64,000 nucleotides of DNA from the NCBI GenBank assembly GCA_030141605.1, contig JAQGDQ010000327.1, positions 1-64,000 on the forward strand, given 5' to 3'. Of this stretch, positions 52,501 to 64,000 are shown piece after piece. A program made the translations under genes and the position numbers. The first letter of the stretch is position 1, and each line of letters starts with the position of its first letter. Below the pieces are notes generated by a model, which was not told the DNA's origin, made no database searches, and worked only from the letters and a program-made list of their open reading frames with translations. Origin of the DNA: Tubiluchus corallicola. Taxonomy: Eukaryota > Animalia > Priapulida.

Positions 52501-55500
52501 GCGATCTTACCAGATGATGAGTTCCCTGCAGATTTCTTGTGTTCAGGCATCTCAGACTATCGATAGAACTCTTCTTACCAGATGCTGAGCTTGGCCATAA
52601 ACGCCTGCGTATGTCTCTATTCAAATGCAAAACATTGCCTGTAGAAGTCCTCTGGTTAGATACTTAAGAATGGTAGTACATTTCACCTATTCAGATGTTT
52701 GAGATTTTTCGAGATCAGTTCTTCCTTGATGTTCCAGTAAATGTTTCGGATTGTTTGGAAATGTCACCTTACCAAAAGGTTGAAATCGCCTGTATAAATG
52801 TCGTCTTACCAAATGATGAGATTCCTGCAGATTTATTCTGTTTAAGCAGCTCACATTCGCAATGAAACTCTTCCTGCCAAATACTTAAGTACAGCCCTAC
52901 ATTTCTTTTGACATGCTAGTTAAGGTTGTCTGCGTATATGTCTCTGTTCAGATACTTGACGTTGCCTGTAGAAGTCTTCTCATTAGATATTTGAGAATGG
53001 CAGTATGTTTCAGATATGTGTGGTGTTAGGAGATGTTTGAAGTTGTCTGTATATGTCTCTATTCTGATAATTAAGAATGTCTGCAGAAATCTTCTAATTA
53101 GATACTTTTGGCTAACAGTAGATTTTATCTGTTCAGATGCTTGAAATTGCTCTAACTGATTTCTGACTAGAAGTTTCATTTTGTCTGCAGATCTTAACAT
53201 ATGAGTGGGATTGGATGTAGATGTCTTCAGAATTGGGGAATTAGTAAATGTTTTGGATTGCTTGGAAATGTCATCTTACCAAACTGTTGAAATTGCCTGT
53301 GCCAATGTCGTCTTACCAGATGATGAGTTTCCTGCAGATTTATTCTGTTCAAGCACCTGAGATTCGCAATGAAACTATTCCTACCAAATGCTCGAGTATG
53401 GCCATTTATGTCTTCTGACGAGCTAATTGAGGCTTGTCTGTGTCACCACTATTCACGTATTAAAATTTGTTGTAGATACTCGAGAATGGCAGTAAATTTC
53501 ATCTGTCCATTGTTTGTGGTTGTTCGAGACGAGTTCTTACTAGATGTTTCAGTTCGCACGTAGATCTTAGCAGACGATCTGGATTGGATGCAGATGGCTT
53601 CTAACTCCAAGTGTTAATATCTGTTTTAGAGAGCTTGAAAATGTCATCTTACCAAACGGTTGATGTTGCTTTATCTAAGCGATCTTACCAGATGATGAGT
53701 TCCCTGCAGATTTCTTGTGCTCAGGCATCTCAGACTATCGATAGAACTCTTCTTACCAGATTCTGAGCTTGGCCATAAACGTCTGCGTATGTCTCTATTC
53801 AAATGCAAAACATTGCCTGTAGAAGTCGTCTGGTTAGATACTTAAGAATGGTAGTACATTTCACCTATTCAGATGTTTGAGATTGTTCGAGATCAGTTCT
53901 TACTTGATGTTCCAGTTCGTATGTAGATCTTAGCAGATGACCGGGTTTGGATGTAAGCGTCTTTTAACTCGAGGTATTAATATATGTTTAGATTGCGTGG
54001 AAATGTCATCGTACGAAACGATTGAAGTTACGTATACCTACGCCGTTTTACCAGACGACGAGTAGCCTGCTGATTTCTCTGATCAGGTACTTCAGTTTGA
54101 CAATAAAACTCTTCGTACTAAATGCTTAAGTTTGACCATGCATGTCTTCTGTTAAGCTAATTGAAGCTGTCTGTGTATATTTCTATTCTGATGCTTAACA
54201 TTGCCTGTGCGGAAATCTTCTGGTTAGATATTTGAGAATGGCAGTAGATTTTAGGTATTTCAGATGTTAGGAGATGTTTGAAGTTATCTGTATGTCTTTA
54301 TTCCGATATCTAAGAATGCCTAAAGAAGTCCTCTATTTAGATACTTTGGCCTTTTAGTAGATTTTGTCAGATCAGATACTTGAAATTGCTCTAGCTGATT
54401 TCTGACTAGATGTTTCATTTTGTCTGCAGATCTTAACATATGAGTGGGATTGGATATAGATGTCTTCAGAATTGGGGAATTAGTAAATGTTTTGGATTGC
54501 TTGGAAATGTCATCTTACCAAACGGTTGAATTTGCCTGTATCAATGTCGTCCTACCAGATGATGAGTTTCCTGCAGATTTATTCTGTTCAAGTACATGAG
54601 ATTCGCAATGAAACTCTTCCTACCAAATGCTCGAGTATGGCCATTTATGTCTTCTGACGAGCTAATTGAGGCTTGTCTGTGTCACCACTATTCACGTATT
54701 AAAATTTGTTGTAGATACTCGAGAATGGCAGTAAATTTCATCTGTCCATTGTTTGTGGTTGTTCGAGACGAGTTCTTACTAGATGTTTCAGTTCGCACGT
54801 AGATCTTAGCAGACGATCTGGATTGGATGCAGATGGCTTCTAACTCCAAGTGTTAATATCTGTTTTAGAGAGCTTGAAAATGTCATCTTACCAAACGGTT
54901 GATGTTGCTTTATCTAAGCGATCTTACCAGATGATGAGCTCCCTGCAGATTTCTTGTGCTCAGGCATCTCAGACTGTCGATAGAACTCTTCTTACCAGAT
55001 TCTGAGCTTGGCCATAAACGTCTGCGTATGTCTCTATTCAAATGCAAAACATCGCCTGTAGAAGTCCTCTGGTTAGATACTTAAGAATGGTAGTACATTT
55101 CACCTATTCAGATGTTTGAGATTGTTCGAGATCAGTTCTTACTTGATGTTCCAGTTCGTATGTAGATCTTAGCAGATGATCGGGTTCGGATGTAAGCGTC
55201 TTTTAACTCGAGGTGTTAATATATGTTTAGATTGCGTGGAAATGTCATCGTACGAAACGATTGAAGTTACCTATGCCTACGCCGTTTTACCAGACGACGA
55301 GTAGTCTGCTGATTTCTCTGATCAGGTACTTCAGTTTGAACACTTCGTACTAAATGCTTAAGTTTGACCATACATGTCTTCTCTTAAGCTAATTGAAGCT
55401 GTCTGTGTATATCTCTATTCAAATGCATAACATTGCCTGTAGAAGTCCTCTGGTCAGATACTTAAGAATGGTAGTACATTTCACCTATTCAGATGTTTGA

Positions 55501-58500
55501 GATTGTTCGAGATCAGTTCTTGCTTGATGTTCCAGTTCGTATGTAGATCTTAGCAGATGATCGGGTTTGGATGTAAGCGTCTTTTAACTCGAGGTGTTAA
55601 TATATGTTTAGATTGTGTGGAAATGTCATCGTACGAAACGATTGAAGTTACCTATGCCTACGCCGTTTTACCAGACGACGAGTAGTCTGCTGATTTCTCT
55701 GATCAGGTACTTCAGTTTGACAATAGAACTCTTCGTACTAAATGCTTAAGTTTGACCATACATGTCTTCTGTTAAGCTAATTGAAGCTGTCTGTGTATAT
55801 CTCTATTCAGATGGTTAACATTGACTGTGTGGAAATCTTCTGGTTAGATATTTTAGAACGGCAGTAGATTTCAGGTATTTCAGGTGTTAGGAGATGTTTG
55901 AAGTTATCTGTATGTCTTTATTCCGATATCTAAGAATGCCTGCAGAAGTCCTCTATTTAGATACTTTGGGCTTTTAGTAGATTTTGTCAGTTCAGATACT
56001 TGAAATTGCTCTAGCTGATTTCTGACTAGATGTTTCATTTTGTCTGCACATATGAGTGGGATTCGATGTAGATGTCTTCAGAATTGGGAATTAGTAAATG
56101 TTTTGGATTGCTTGGAAATGTCACCTCACCAAACGGTTGAAATTGGCTGTATCAATGTCGTCTTACGAAATGATGAGATTCCTGCAGATTTATTCGGTTC
56201 AAGACGCTCAGATTCGCAATGAAACTCTTCCTACCAAATGCTCGAGTATGGCCATTTATGTCTTCTGACGAGCTAATTGAGGCTTGTCTGTGTCACCACT
56301 ATTCACGTATTAAAATTTATTGTAGGTACTCGAGAATGGCAGTAAATTTCATCTGTCCATTGTTTGTGGTTGTTCGAGACGAGTTCTTACTAGATGTTTC
56401 AGTTCGCACGTAGATCTTAGCAGACGATATGGATTGGATGCAGATGCTTTCTAACTCCAAGTGTTAATATCTGTTTTAGAGAGCTTGAAAATGTCATCTT
56501 ACCAAACGGTTGATGTTGCTTTATCTAAGTGATATTACCAGATGATGAGTTCCCTGCAGATTTCTTGTGCTCAGGCATCTCAGACAATCGATAGAACTCT
56601 TCTTACCAGATGCTGAGCTTGGCCATAAACGTCTTCTGACAAGCTAATTGAGGCCGTCTGCGTATGTTTCTATTCAAATGCATAACATTTTCTGTAGAAG
56701 TCCTCTGGTTAGATACTTAAGAATGGTAGTACATTTCACCTATTCAGATGTTTGAGATTGTTCGAGATTAGTTCTTACTTGATGTTCCAGTTCGTATGTA
56801 GATCTTAGCAGATGATCGGGTTTGGATGTAAGCGTCTTTTAACTCGAGGTGTTAATATATGTTTAGATTGCGTGGAAATGTCATCGTACGAAACGATTGA
56901 AGTTACCTATGCCTACGCCGTTTTACCAGACGACGAGTAGTCTGCTGATTTCTCTGATCAGGTACTTCAGTTTGACAATAGAACTCTTCGTACTAAATGC
57001 TTAAGTTTGACCATACATGTCTTCTGTTAAGCTAATTGAAGCTGTCTGTGTATATCTCTATTCAGATGCTTAACATTGCCTGTGTGGAAATCTTCTGGTT
57101 AGATATTTGAGAATGGCAGTAGATTTTAGGTATTTCAGATGTTAGGAGATGTTTGAAGTTATCTGTATGTCTTTATTCCGATATCTAAGAATGCCTGCAG
57201 AAGTCCTCTATTTAGATACTTTGGGCTTTTAGTAGATTTTGTCAGATCAGATACTTGAAATTGCTCTGGCTGATTTCTGACTAGATGTTTCATTTTGTCT
57301 GCACATATGAGTGGGATTCGATGTAGATGTCTTCAGAATTGGGAATTAGTAAATGTTTTTGATTGCTTGGAAATGTCACCTTACCAAACGGTTGAAATTG
57401 CCTGTATCAATGTCGTCTTACGAAATGATGAGATTCCTGCAGATTTATTCTGTTCAAACGCTCAGATTCGCAATGAAACTCTTCCTGCCAAATGCTCGAG
57501 TATGGCTATTTATGTCTTCTGACGAGCTAATTGAGGCTTGTCTGTGTCACCACTATTCACGTATTAAAATTTATTGTAGGTACTCGAGAATGGCAGTAAA
57601 TTTCATCTGTCCATTGTTTGTGGTTGTTCGAGACGAGTTCTTACTAGATGTTTCAGTTCGCACGTAGATCTTAGCAGACGATATGGATTGCATGCAGATG
57701 CTTTCTAACTCCAAGTGTTAATATCTGTTTTACAGAGCTTGAAAATGTCATCTTACCAAACGGTTGATGTTGCTTTATCTAAGTGATATTACCAGATGAT
57801 GAGTTCCCTGCAGATTTCTTGTGCTCAGGCATCTCAGACAATCGATAGAACTCTTCTTACCAGATGCTGAGCTTGGCCATAAACGTCTTCTGACAAGCTA
57901 ATTGAGGCCGTCTGCGTATGTTTCTATTCAAATGTATAACATTGCCTGTAGAAGTCCTCTGGTTAGATACTTAAGAATGGTAGTACATTTCACCTATTCA
58001 GATGTTTGAGATTGTTCGAGATTAGTTCTTACTTGATGTTCCAGTTCGTATGTAGATCTTAGCAGATGATCGGGTTTGGATGTAAGCGTCTTTTAACTCG
58101 AGGTGTTAATATATGTTTAGATTGCGTGGAAATGTCATCGTACGAAACGATTGAAGTTACCTATGCCTACGCCGTTTTACCAGACGACGAGTAGTCTGCT
58201 GATTTCTCTGATCAGGTACTTCAGTTTGACAATAGAACTCTTCGTACTAAATGCTTAAGTTTGACCATACATGTCTTCTGTTAAGCTAATTGAAGCTGTC
58301 TGTGTATATCTCTATTCAGATGGTTAACATTGACTGTGTGGAAATCTTCTGGTTAGATATTTTAGAACGGCAGTAGATTTCAGGTATTTCAGGTGTTAGG
58401 AGATGTTTGAAGTTATCTGTATGTCTTTATTCCGATATCTAAGAATGCCTGCAGAAGTCCTCTATTTAGATACTTTGGGCTTTTAGTAGATTTTGTCAGA

Positions 58501-58871
58501 TCAGATACTTGAAATTGCTCTGGCTGATTTCTGACTAGATGTTTCATTTTGTCTGCAGATCTTAACATATGAGTGGGATTCGATGTAGATGTCTTCAGAA
58601 TTGGGGAATTAGTAAATGTTTTGGATTGCTTGGAAATGTCACCTTACCAAACGGTTGAAATTGCCTGTATCAATGTCGTCTTACGAAATGATGAGATTCC
58701 TGCAGATTTATTCTGTTCAAGCAGCTCAGATTCGCAATGAAACTCTTCCTGCCAAATACTTAAGTATACCCCTACTTGTCTTTCGACAAGCTAGTTAAGG
58801 TTGTCTGCGTATGTCTCTGTTCAGATACTTGACATTGCCTGTAGAAGTCTTCTCATTTGATACTTGAGAAT
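43586..58871 (+). repeat. 15.3-kb satellite array: 35-bp units in nested higher-order repeats
   Basis: 35-bp units start at 44713, 44748, 44783 and 44818. Super-monomers are ~345-490 bp. The marker CAATGAAACT recurs with its ATG at 45797, 49384, 51009, 52215, 52862, 53369, 54608, 56219, 57473 and 58737. Confidence 0.97.
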
Positions 58872-60497
58872 CGCACTACATCGTCACATTCACTTTCGAA
58901 AACATGCTTTCATTGTCAAGCTGATAATCCTATTCTAGCGATGTGTTTCAAAGCATTTGGAAAGAAAGTGCCTATTTCTCAAGCCTCATCTCAGGGTTCT
59001 TCACCATCAATTAGGACACAGTTTCAAGCTTCATTTACTCCAGGTTTACCTTGGGTACAAGCTTCTTCAATTAGTAACTGTGTGAGTGAAGCAGCCGCAT
59101 TGATGTCAGTGACACCATCAGTGTTTTTCCAGACAGCTAGTACATGGCTTTTTAATCAAGAAACTGGTCAATCAATTCCTGTAAGGGTATTTTTTGATTC
59201 AGCTAGCTGTCGCAGCTGCATATCACAGCGTATCACGACTTGGCCATGCAGGACCAAAACATTTGCTTGCTCAGTTGAGAAAAGATTACTGGATTCCACA
59301 AGGACGTGCAGCAGTTCGGCGACTTGTTAAACAATGCTTGAAATGCACAAGATGGCATGGAAGTCACTTTGCCGTACCAAAGGAACCACCGCTTCCAAGT
59401 GTTAATGAAGGTCCACCATTTAGTACTACTGGAATTGATTCCGGGTCCACTGATACATGGGTCCACCGTACATCAAGACACGAGATGGAAACTTGTTCAA
59501 AGTTTGGGTTTGCCTCTATACATGTGCTGCAATTAGAGCAATCCATCTAGAAGTAGTGGAAGATCTCACTGCACACAGTTTTCTGATGAGTCTGCGTCGA
59601 TTTATATCACGTCGCGGTAAACCAAATCAAATTATCTCAGACAATGCAAAGACATTTAAGTTGGTAGCATCGACTTTAGACAAAGTTTGGGAATCAGCGA
59701 TTTACAGTGATGAAGTTCAGAACTACACTGCCAAAGAAGGGATTCGTTGGAATTTCATAGTTGAGCTTGCACCATGATTTGGCGGCTTTTATGAGCGTCT
59801 GATCCAATCTGTGAAGAAGTCTTTACGAAAAGCTTTAGGCTAAGCTCATCTTAATCTCGTACAGCTGCAAACAATTTTCACAGAAGTTGAAGGGATTTTA
59901 AATTCAAGGCTATTGGTTTATGTTGACACTGATGTCAGCTCCGGAGACTTCATCAGCCCTGCACATTTTCTAGGTAATCCTAAATTGAGTACTCCTTCTA
60001 TCCTTCCGGAACCCGATCCTACCTTTCCCGTGAAATCAGAATCAGCTGAAAGAGTTGTAGCTTTGTGGAAGAGTTCCGAGCATCAACTTAATCTCTTTTG
60101 GACTTCATGGAGGAATGATTATCTCCTCAGCTTAAGAGAAAGGTGGGCCAACAACGAAACCGTGGTTCAGTATCATCAGTACCTGTGGTCGGACAAACGG
60201 TTTTGGTTCGTGTTGGCATGCAACCAGGAGCACAATGGAAGCTTGGAAGAGTGTCCAATCACATCCCGAGCGCTGATGGAACTATTGCCAAATCGTCGGC
60301 ATATCAATCGTTCAAACTATTGCACTCATTGGAGACTGCAGCAAATTCTGGATCAAATGGTGTTAATTGCCAGCTGGGGTCCAAAATGATGATGATGACG
60401 CTAATACCAAGCAACCTGATTCAGATGCTCCACGACCACATCTACAAGCTGCAGTTGAAGCGCAACAAAGGATCAAAGGAATTCTGGCTGGCGGGAG
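58872..60497 (+). mobile_element. BEL/Pao LTR retrotransposon internal region, 5'-truncated and RT/RNase H-deleted
   Basis: Protease (VFFQTA..VRVFFDSASCRSCIS), integrase zinc region (HAGPKHLLAQLRKDYWIPQGR..CLKC), core (PFSTTGID..KVWVCLYTCAAIRAIHLEVVEDL..LRRFISRRGKP..ISDNA; AP*FGGFYERL) and DUF5641-like FWTSWRNDYLLSLRE. PPT-like GGCGGGAG at 60490-60497. Confidence 0.93.
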
Positions 60498-60780
60498 TGT
60501 CGTGAACTGATTCACGAGTTTGTTTATGAACTTTATAAACTTTAGCAACATTAGAACTTTACAGTAAGCTACACTACAGTGAATCATTTTCTCACCTGAC
60601 TGGTTTCTGTTTTGAGGCATTTCCCAAGGTTAACCAGTTTCAACTGATTTGAGCTCTTACAGTTTTAATCTAGCAGTCACAGCGCGGTGTACAGAAAAGA
60701 CAGTCAATAATAAAGTGTTTGTGCCACTAAAGGAGTTTGGTTTTTGTTGCTACATATATTGACAAAAGCCTTTTTCACAA
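60498..60780 (+). mobile_element. 3' LTR of the BEL/Pao element (right end uncertain)
   Basis: TGTCGTGAAC immediately follows the polypurine tract; AATAAA at ~60709; candidate CA ends at 60764 or 60779. Confidence 0.6.
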
Positions 60781-61016
60781 ATTCCTGTTTTCTTTCATTT
60801 TAAATCTCTCGCGAAACTGTTCCGACTGCGCTATTACTTTGCGTCACAAACACACACAACGTAAGCCTAACTGGTACACGCACAAGCTGAATTTAAATTC
60901 TCTTCATGAGAGAGTACTTAGAGTGTTCGAGGTGTGTACACTGTTGTACAATACTTCCCAGAGTTTTACGCATAACTTTTATCGATTTTCTGATTGTCTA
61001 CAACCATTTGGCGGCT

Positions 61017-61875
61017 ATTATAGGTTTTACATGTCAAATGTAGACCAGCGTTAACTCAAATGTAGATTTAGGTAATTCAAATGTGTTAACAATGGTTTTC
61101 AACAAATCTTAAGCGCTTTTGGTAAATCAAATGTAGACACACGTCAAGTCAAATGTGACATTGGTATCTCAAATGTGGATAGGTAGTAAAGTTTAAGCAT
61201 GTTAAATTTAATCTTCTTTAATTTCAATTTAATAATTGCTCTTAAGTTAAAATAACAACGTTATAGGTTCATTATATTCTGCACACTTTACATACCATTG
61301 GAACTGTTAAAGAAAACAATACATTCTTAAAATAAACAATGTTTCTTGAGAGAAACTAATTCATTAATGCAGTGCTAATGCATTACTTAAAAAACTAACT
61401 GGTGATTCACTGTTCATTGGGAATTGGGAACCGATTTATTCTTTTCTGTCGACATTTTTTGTAAAACGTTGACAAATAATATGTAGAATTGGTGTATATA
61501 TTAATGATTGTATAATTGTTAACTCATTTATGTACAACACTTTTAAGTGTTCTTATCAAATAAACATTTTCTCTATATTTGAAAAATGTATTAACGTCCA
61601 TACAAATAGTTGCAAATTAATTAAATATAATAAAAATTGATGCTGCTGATAGCACCATGACCATAAAAAATAATTTTAATTTGGTTTTATGTTTTTGTAA
61701 TTTGCACTTAAATGAGTTAATTACCGATTTATTCAAAGTACCGCATCTACATTTGACTTACCTAAGTCACATTTGAGTTACCAAAACACATTCGAAATTC
61801 CTATGTCTACATTTGACTTACCTAAGTCACATTTGAACTTTCCTGTGTCAACATTTGATGTGTAAAACGTATAAT
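61017..61875. mobile_element. MITE with TIRs and subterminal TCAAATGT repeats
   Basis: The left end ATTATAGGTTTTACATGTCAAATGTAGAC matches the reverse complement of the right end GTCAACATTTGATGTGTAAAACGTATAAT. There are six TCAAATGT motifs on the left and about five ACATTTGA on the right, with an AT-rich interior. Confidence 0.8.
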
Positions 61876-62544
61876 TAAAGACTATCGCTTCATGGGATGT
61901 CCACGAAGATATAGTAATAGCATCGCGTCTGTGATTCACACAGTAACATCAATTGAACTTCGTTTTCAGTTTCAACCTAAGAAGGGCGTTCTTAGAACGA
62001 CAACCGCTGCATGTGCAAAGTTTTATGCATTAACCTTTTATATTAAGTTATTGTTAGATTTGCACTGAGGATTGCAAAACATGTTATTGTAGGTTCTCTT
62101 TACCACAGCTACATTTTTTAAAACCATTAAGCTTAAAGTTTTAAGCGTGGAAGCACCTCTTGAATTTGATAGCGATGTATTACTAACGTTTCAACGAATA
62201 TTTACTTTTTAAGGTTTCTAATTTTTTCATAAATCATTCTACTGACAAAACTGCGCTGAGCAGGCAGCATTTCAACATTATTTTTACTTGTCGGCCTGCG
62301 TTCTGTGTTCATTGTAGTGTAAGTATCAGTGCTACTATAATTATCAAGTACTACAATCTTATGAATAATTTGTACAAATTTCATGATTTTTATCAAAACA
62401 CGAAAAAACTCAAAATGAGGCTAGCTTTCATTCACACACTGACTGGTGGTTTTCACTCTTTTTGCAGAAGCTTAAAATTGTTTTTTACAAAATGCAATAG
62501 CATACAGTAAACGTATCACTCGTTTAATTACTACGCAAAGCGTA

Positions 62545-62750
62545 ATGGAAACATTATTCATCGAAATTCATGTTCATCGAGGCAAAAACATAATTGTGGG
62601 TGTAACTTATCGACATCCTGGTATCAATCCAACTAATTTTATCGATGAATTCTGTAACTTTTTGCACAGTCTGAATCAGCATCCTAAACATACATTTTTC
62701 TTGGTGATTACAATCTCAACCTATTAAACGACTCTATCTATAATAATTTC
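62545..62750 (+). mobile_element. LINE AP-endonuclease fragment
   Basis: ETLFIEI..KNIIVGVTYRHP..FIDEF and, after a frameshift, LGDYNLNLL. Confidence 0.75.
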
Positions 62751-63895
62751 GCAACTGCTGAAGGACCAGTGCCCCCTTGTTCTACTTGATTCTATCCTCG
62801 TAGGATACGGCTTCCCACCTCCCATTACAGAAACTTCGTTACTATGATCCAGTAGTGGAACGACTACGCGAGCCAGCTTTTCACATAATGTAACTAGCGT
62901 AAAAACAGACTATAAGCCATAGAATTACTACAAAATAGACTCGTATCTATGACAACCTTACTGCATGTAAGCCTCTCCAGCGCAGTCAGACCCCAACAAC
63001 ACTTCACTGTAAAAACTACTCAGGCGAAAATATGTACAGACAAGGCACAACTTCGCGGTGCGTGTGTTCCGTTCATGAGAATGACACTAATCGATGTTTC
63101 TTTTCAGCTATTATGAATTACACTTGTAGCTGTAAATTATGATTGTAATATATGATTTATTTATTTATAAATTATTGATTTATTCATTGTAGTTGATATA
63201 TTTATGATATGATTTTATTTATTATGAGCCATTATTGAAATTATTTGCATTTATTTTTCCAGTATTGCTTTAGAATGTAAGAGTCAAACTCTGCAAGACG
63301 TTCAAAAATAAACTTGTCACTCATTTTTCTTTTCAAAAATTGTAGAATTATTGTTCATTTATTAAACATTTTTTTTAAAAATGGGACGTGTGTTTTGTGC
63401 CTCTTATTACACTTAATGACATTGCTAATCTGGTTGAATCAGATCTCGGTAGGATTTCTCATACTGACCTCCTACTGTGTACTTGACCGGGACGGTCAAG
63501 AGTGGGGGAGGATTATGAGCTGAACAGGTGAATGTGCATTGTACATTTTTATTCATAGACAGTAGGCCAACCAACCTACAGGCAATGTTATGACCTCCAC
63601 TTTAAACTAGGAAGCCCATAACATTCCCTGCGATTGGTTGAGCAGTGGTTTCCTGTGGAATGAACGAACACGTGACATCGTCAGTTGTCTGTTTTTTGTC
63701 TGCCGAGTGTCGTTGATTTTTTTAAGGTTCGAAGCATTGTCATCAGGTTTTGTTTTTTTCTATTTGTGTTGTTCTTCTCAGTCGTCCCTTCTGATTTCCA
63801 AGTTTTGGTTTTGTTGTTTCTTTCTTAAAATTTCTGAGTGTCCGTTATGCAGCGCTTACCCGCTTAGCGCTTATCTACCGCTTAGACTATACAAA

Positions 63896-64000
<105 letters not shown>

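Noticed and set aside
43560-58798. Recurrent short ORFs (MKLFLPNARVW.., MKSTVWPKYL..) as a tandem gene family
   Set aside because: They are by-products of the repeated DNA. The unit length is not a multiple of 3, stops and frameshifts vary among copies, and no domain is recognisable.
43586-58871. CRISPR-like array suggested by ~35-bp periodicity
   Set aside because: All units are homologous to each other, with no constant repeat alternating with unique spacers. There are no cas genes and the context is eukaryotic.

Overview
AT-rich, repeat-dense animal (invertebrate-like) genomic DNA with spliceosomal introns; no prokaryotic organisation, rRNA, intact tRNA or CRISPR array was seen. The only apparent host gene is a minus-strand NUAK-family (AMPK-related) kinase. 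It has kinase exons at 17447-17327 and 12428-12277, a 1.5-kb exon (20138-18593) encoding an unusually long ~490-aa N-terminal extension plus the start of the kinase domain, and a candidate 8-nt first coding exon at 37924-37917. The remaining exons appear to lie left of the window. Its introns contain decayed LINEs, DIRS- and Harbinger-like remnants, solo-LTR-like segments and Helitron/Helentron-like elements. They also contain a decayed, intronless glycogenin reading frame that runs into a BEL/Pao-type Gag (capsid-like) region (1916-3600), which is the most unusual protein-level observation. About 40-59 kb is a satellite built from diverged 35-bp units arranged in ~345-490-bp, ~1.26-kb and ~5.2-kb higher-order repeats, with a strand switch near 43.58 kb. 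It is followed by an internally deleted BEL/Pao element. All family calls come from motif recognition by eye; no searches were run.
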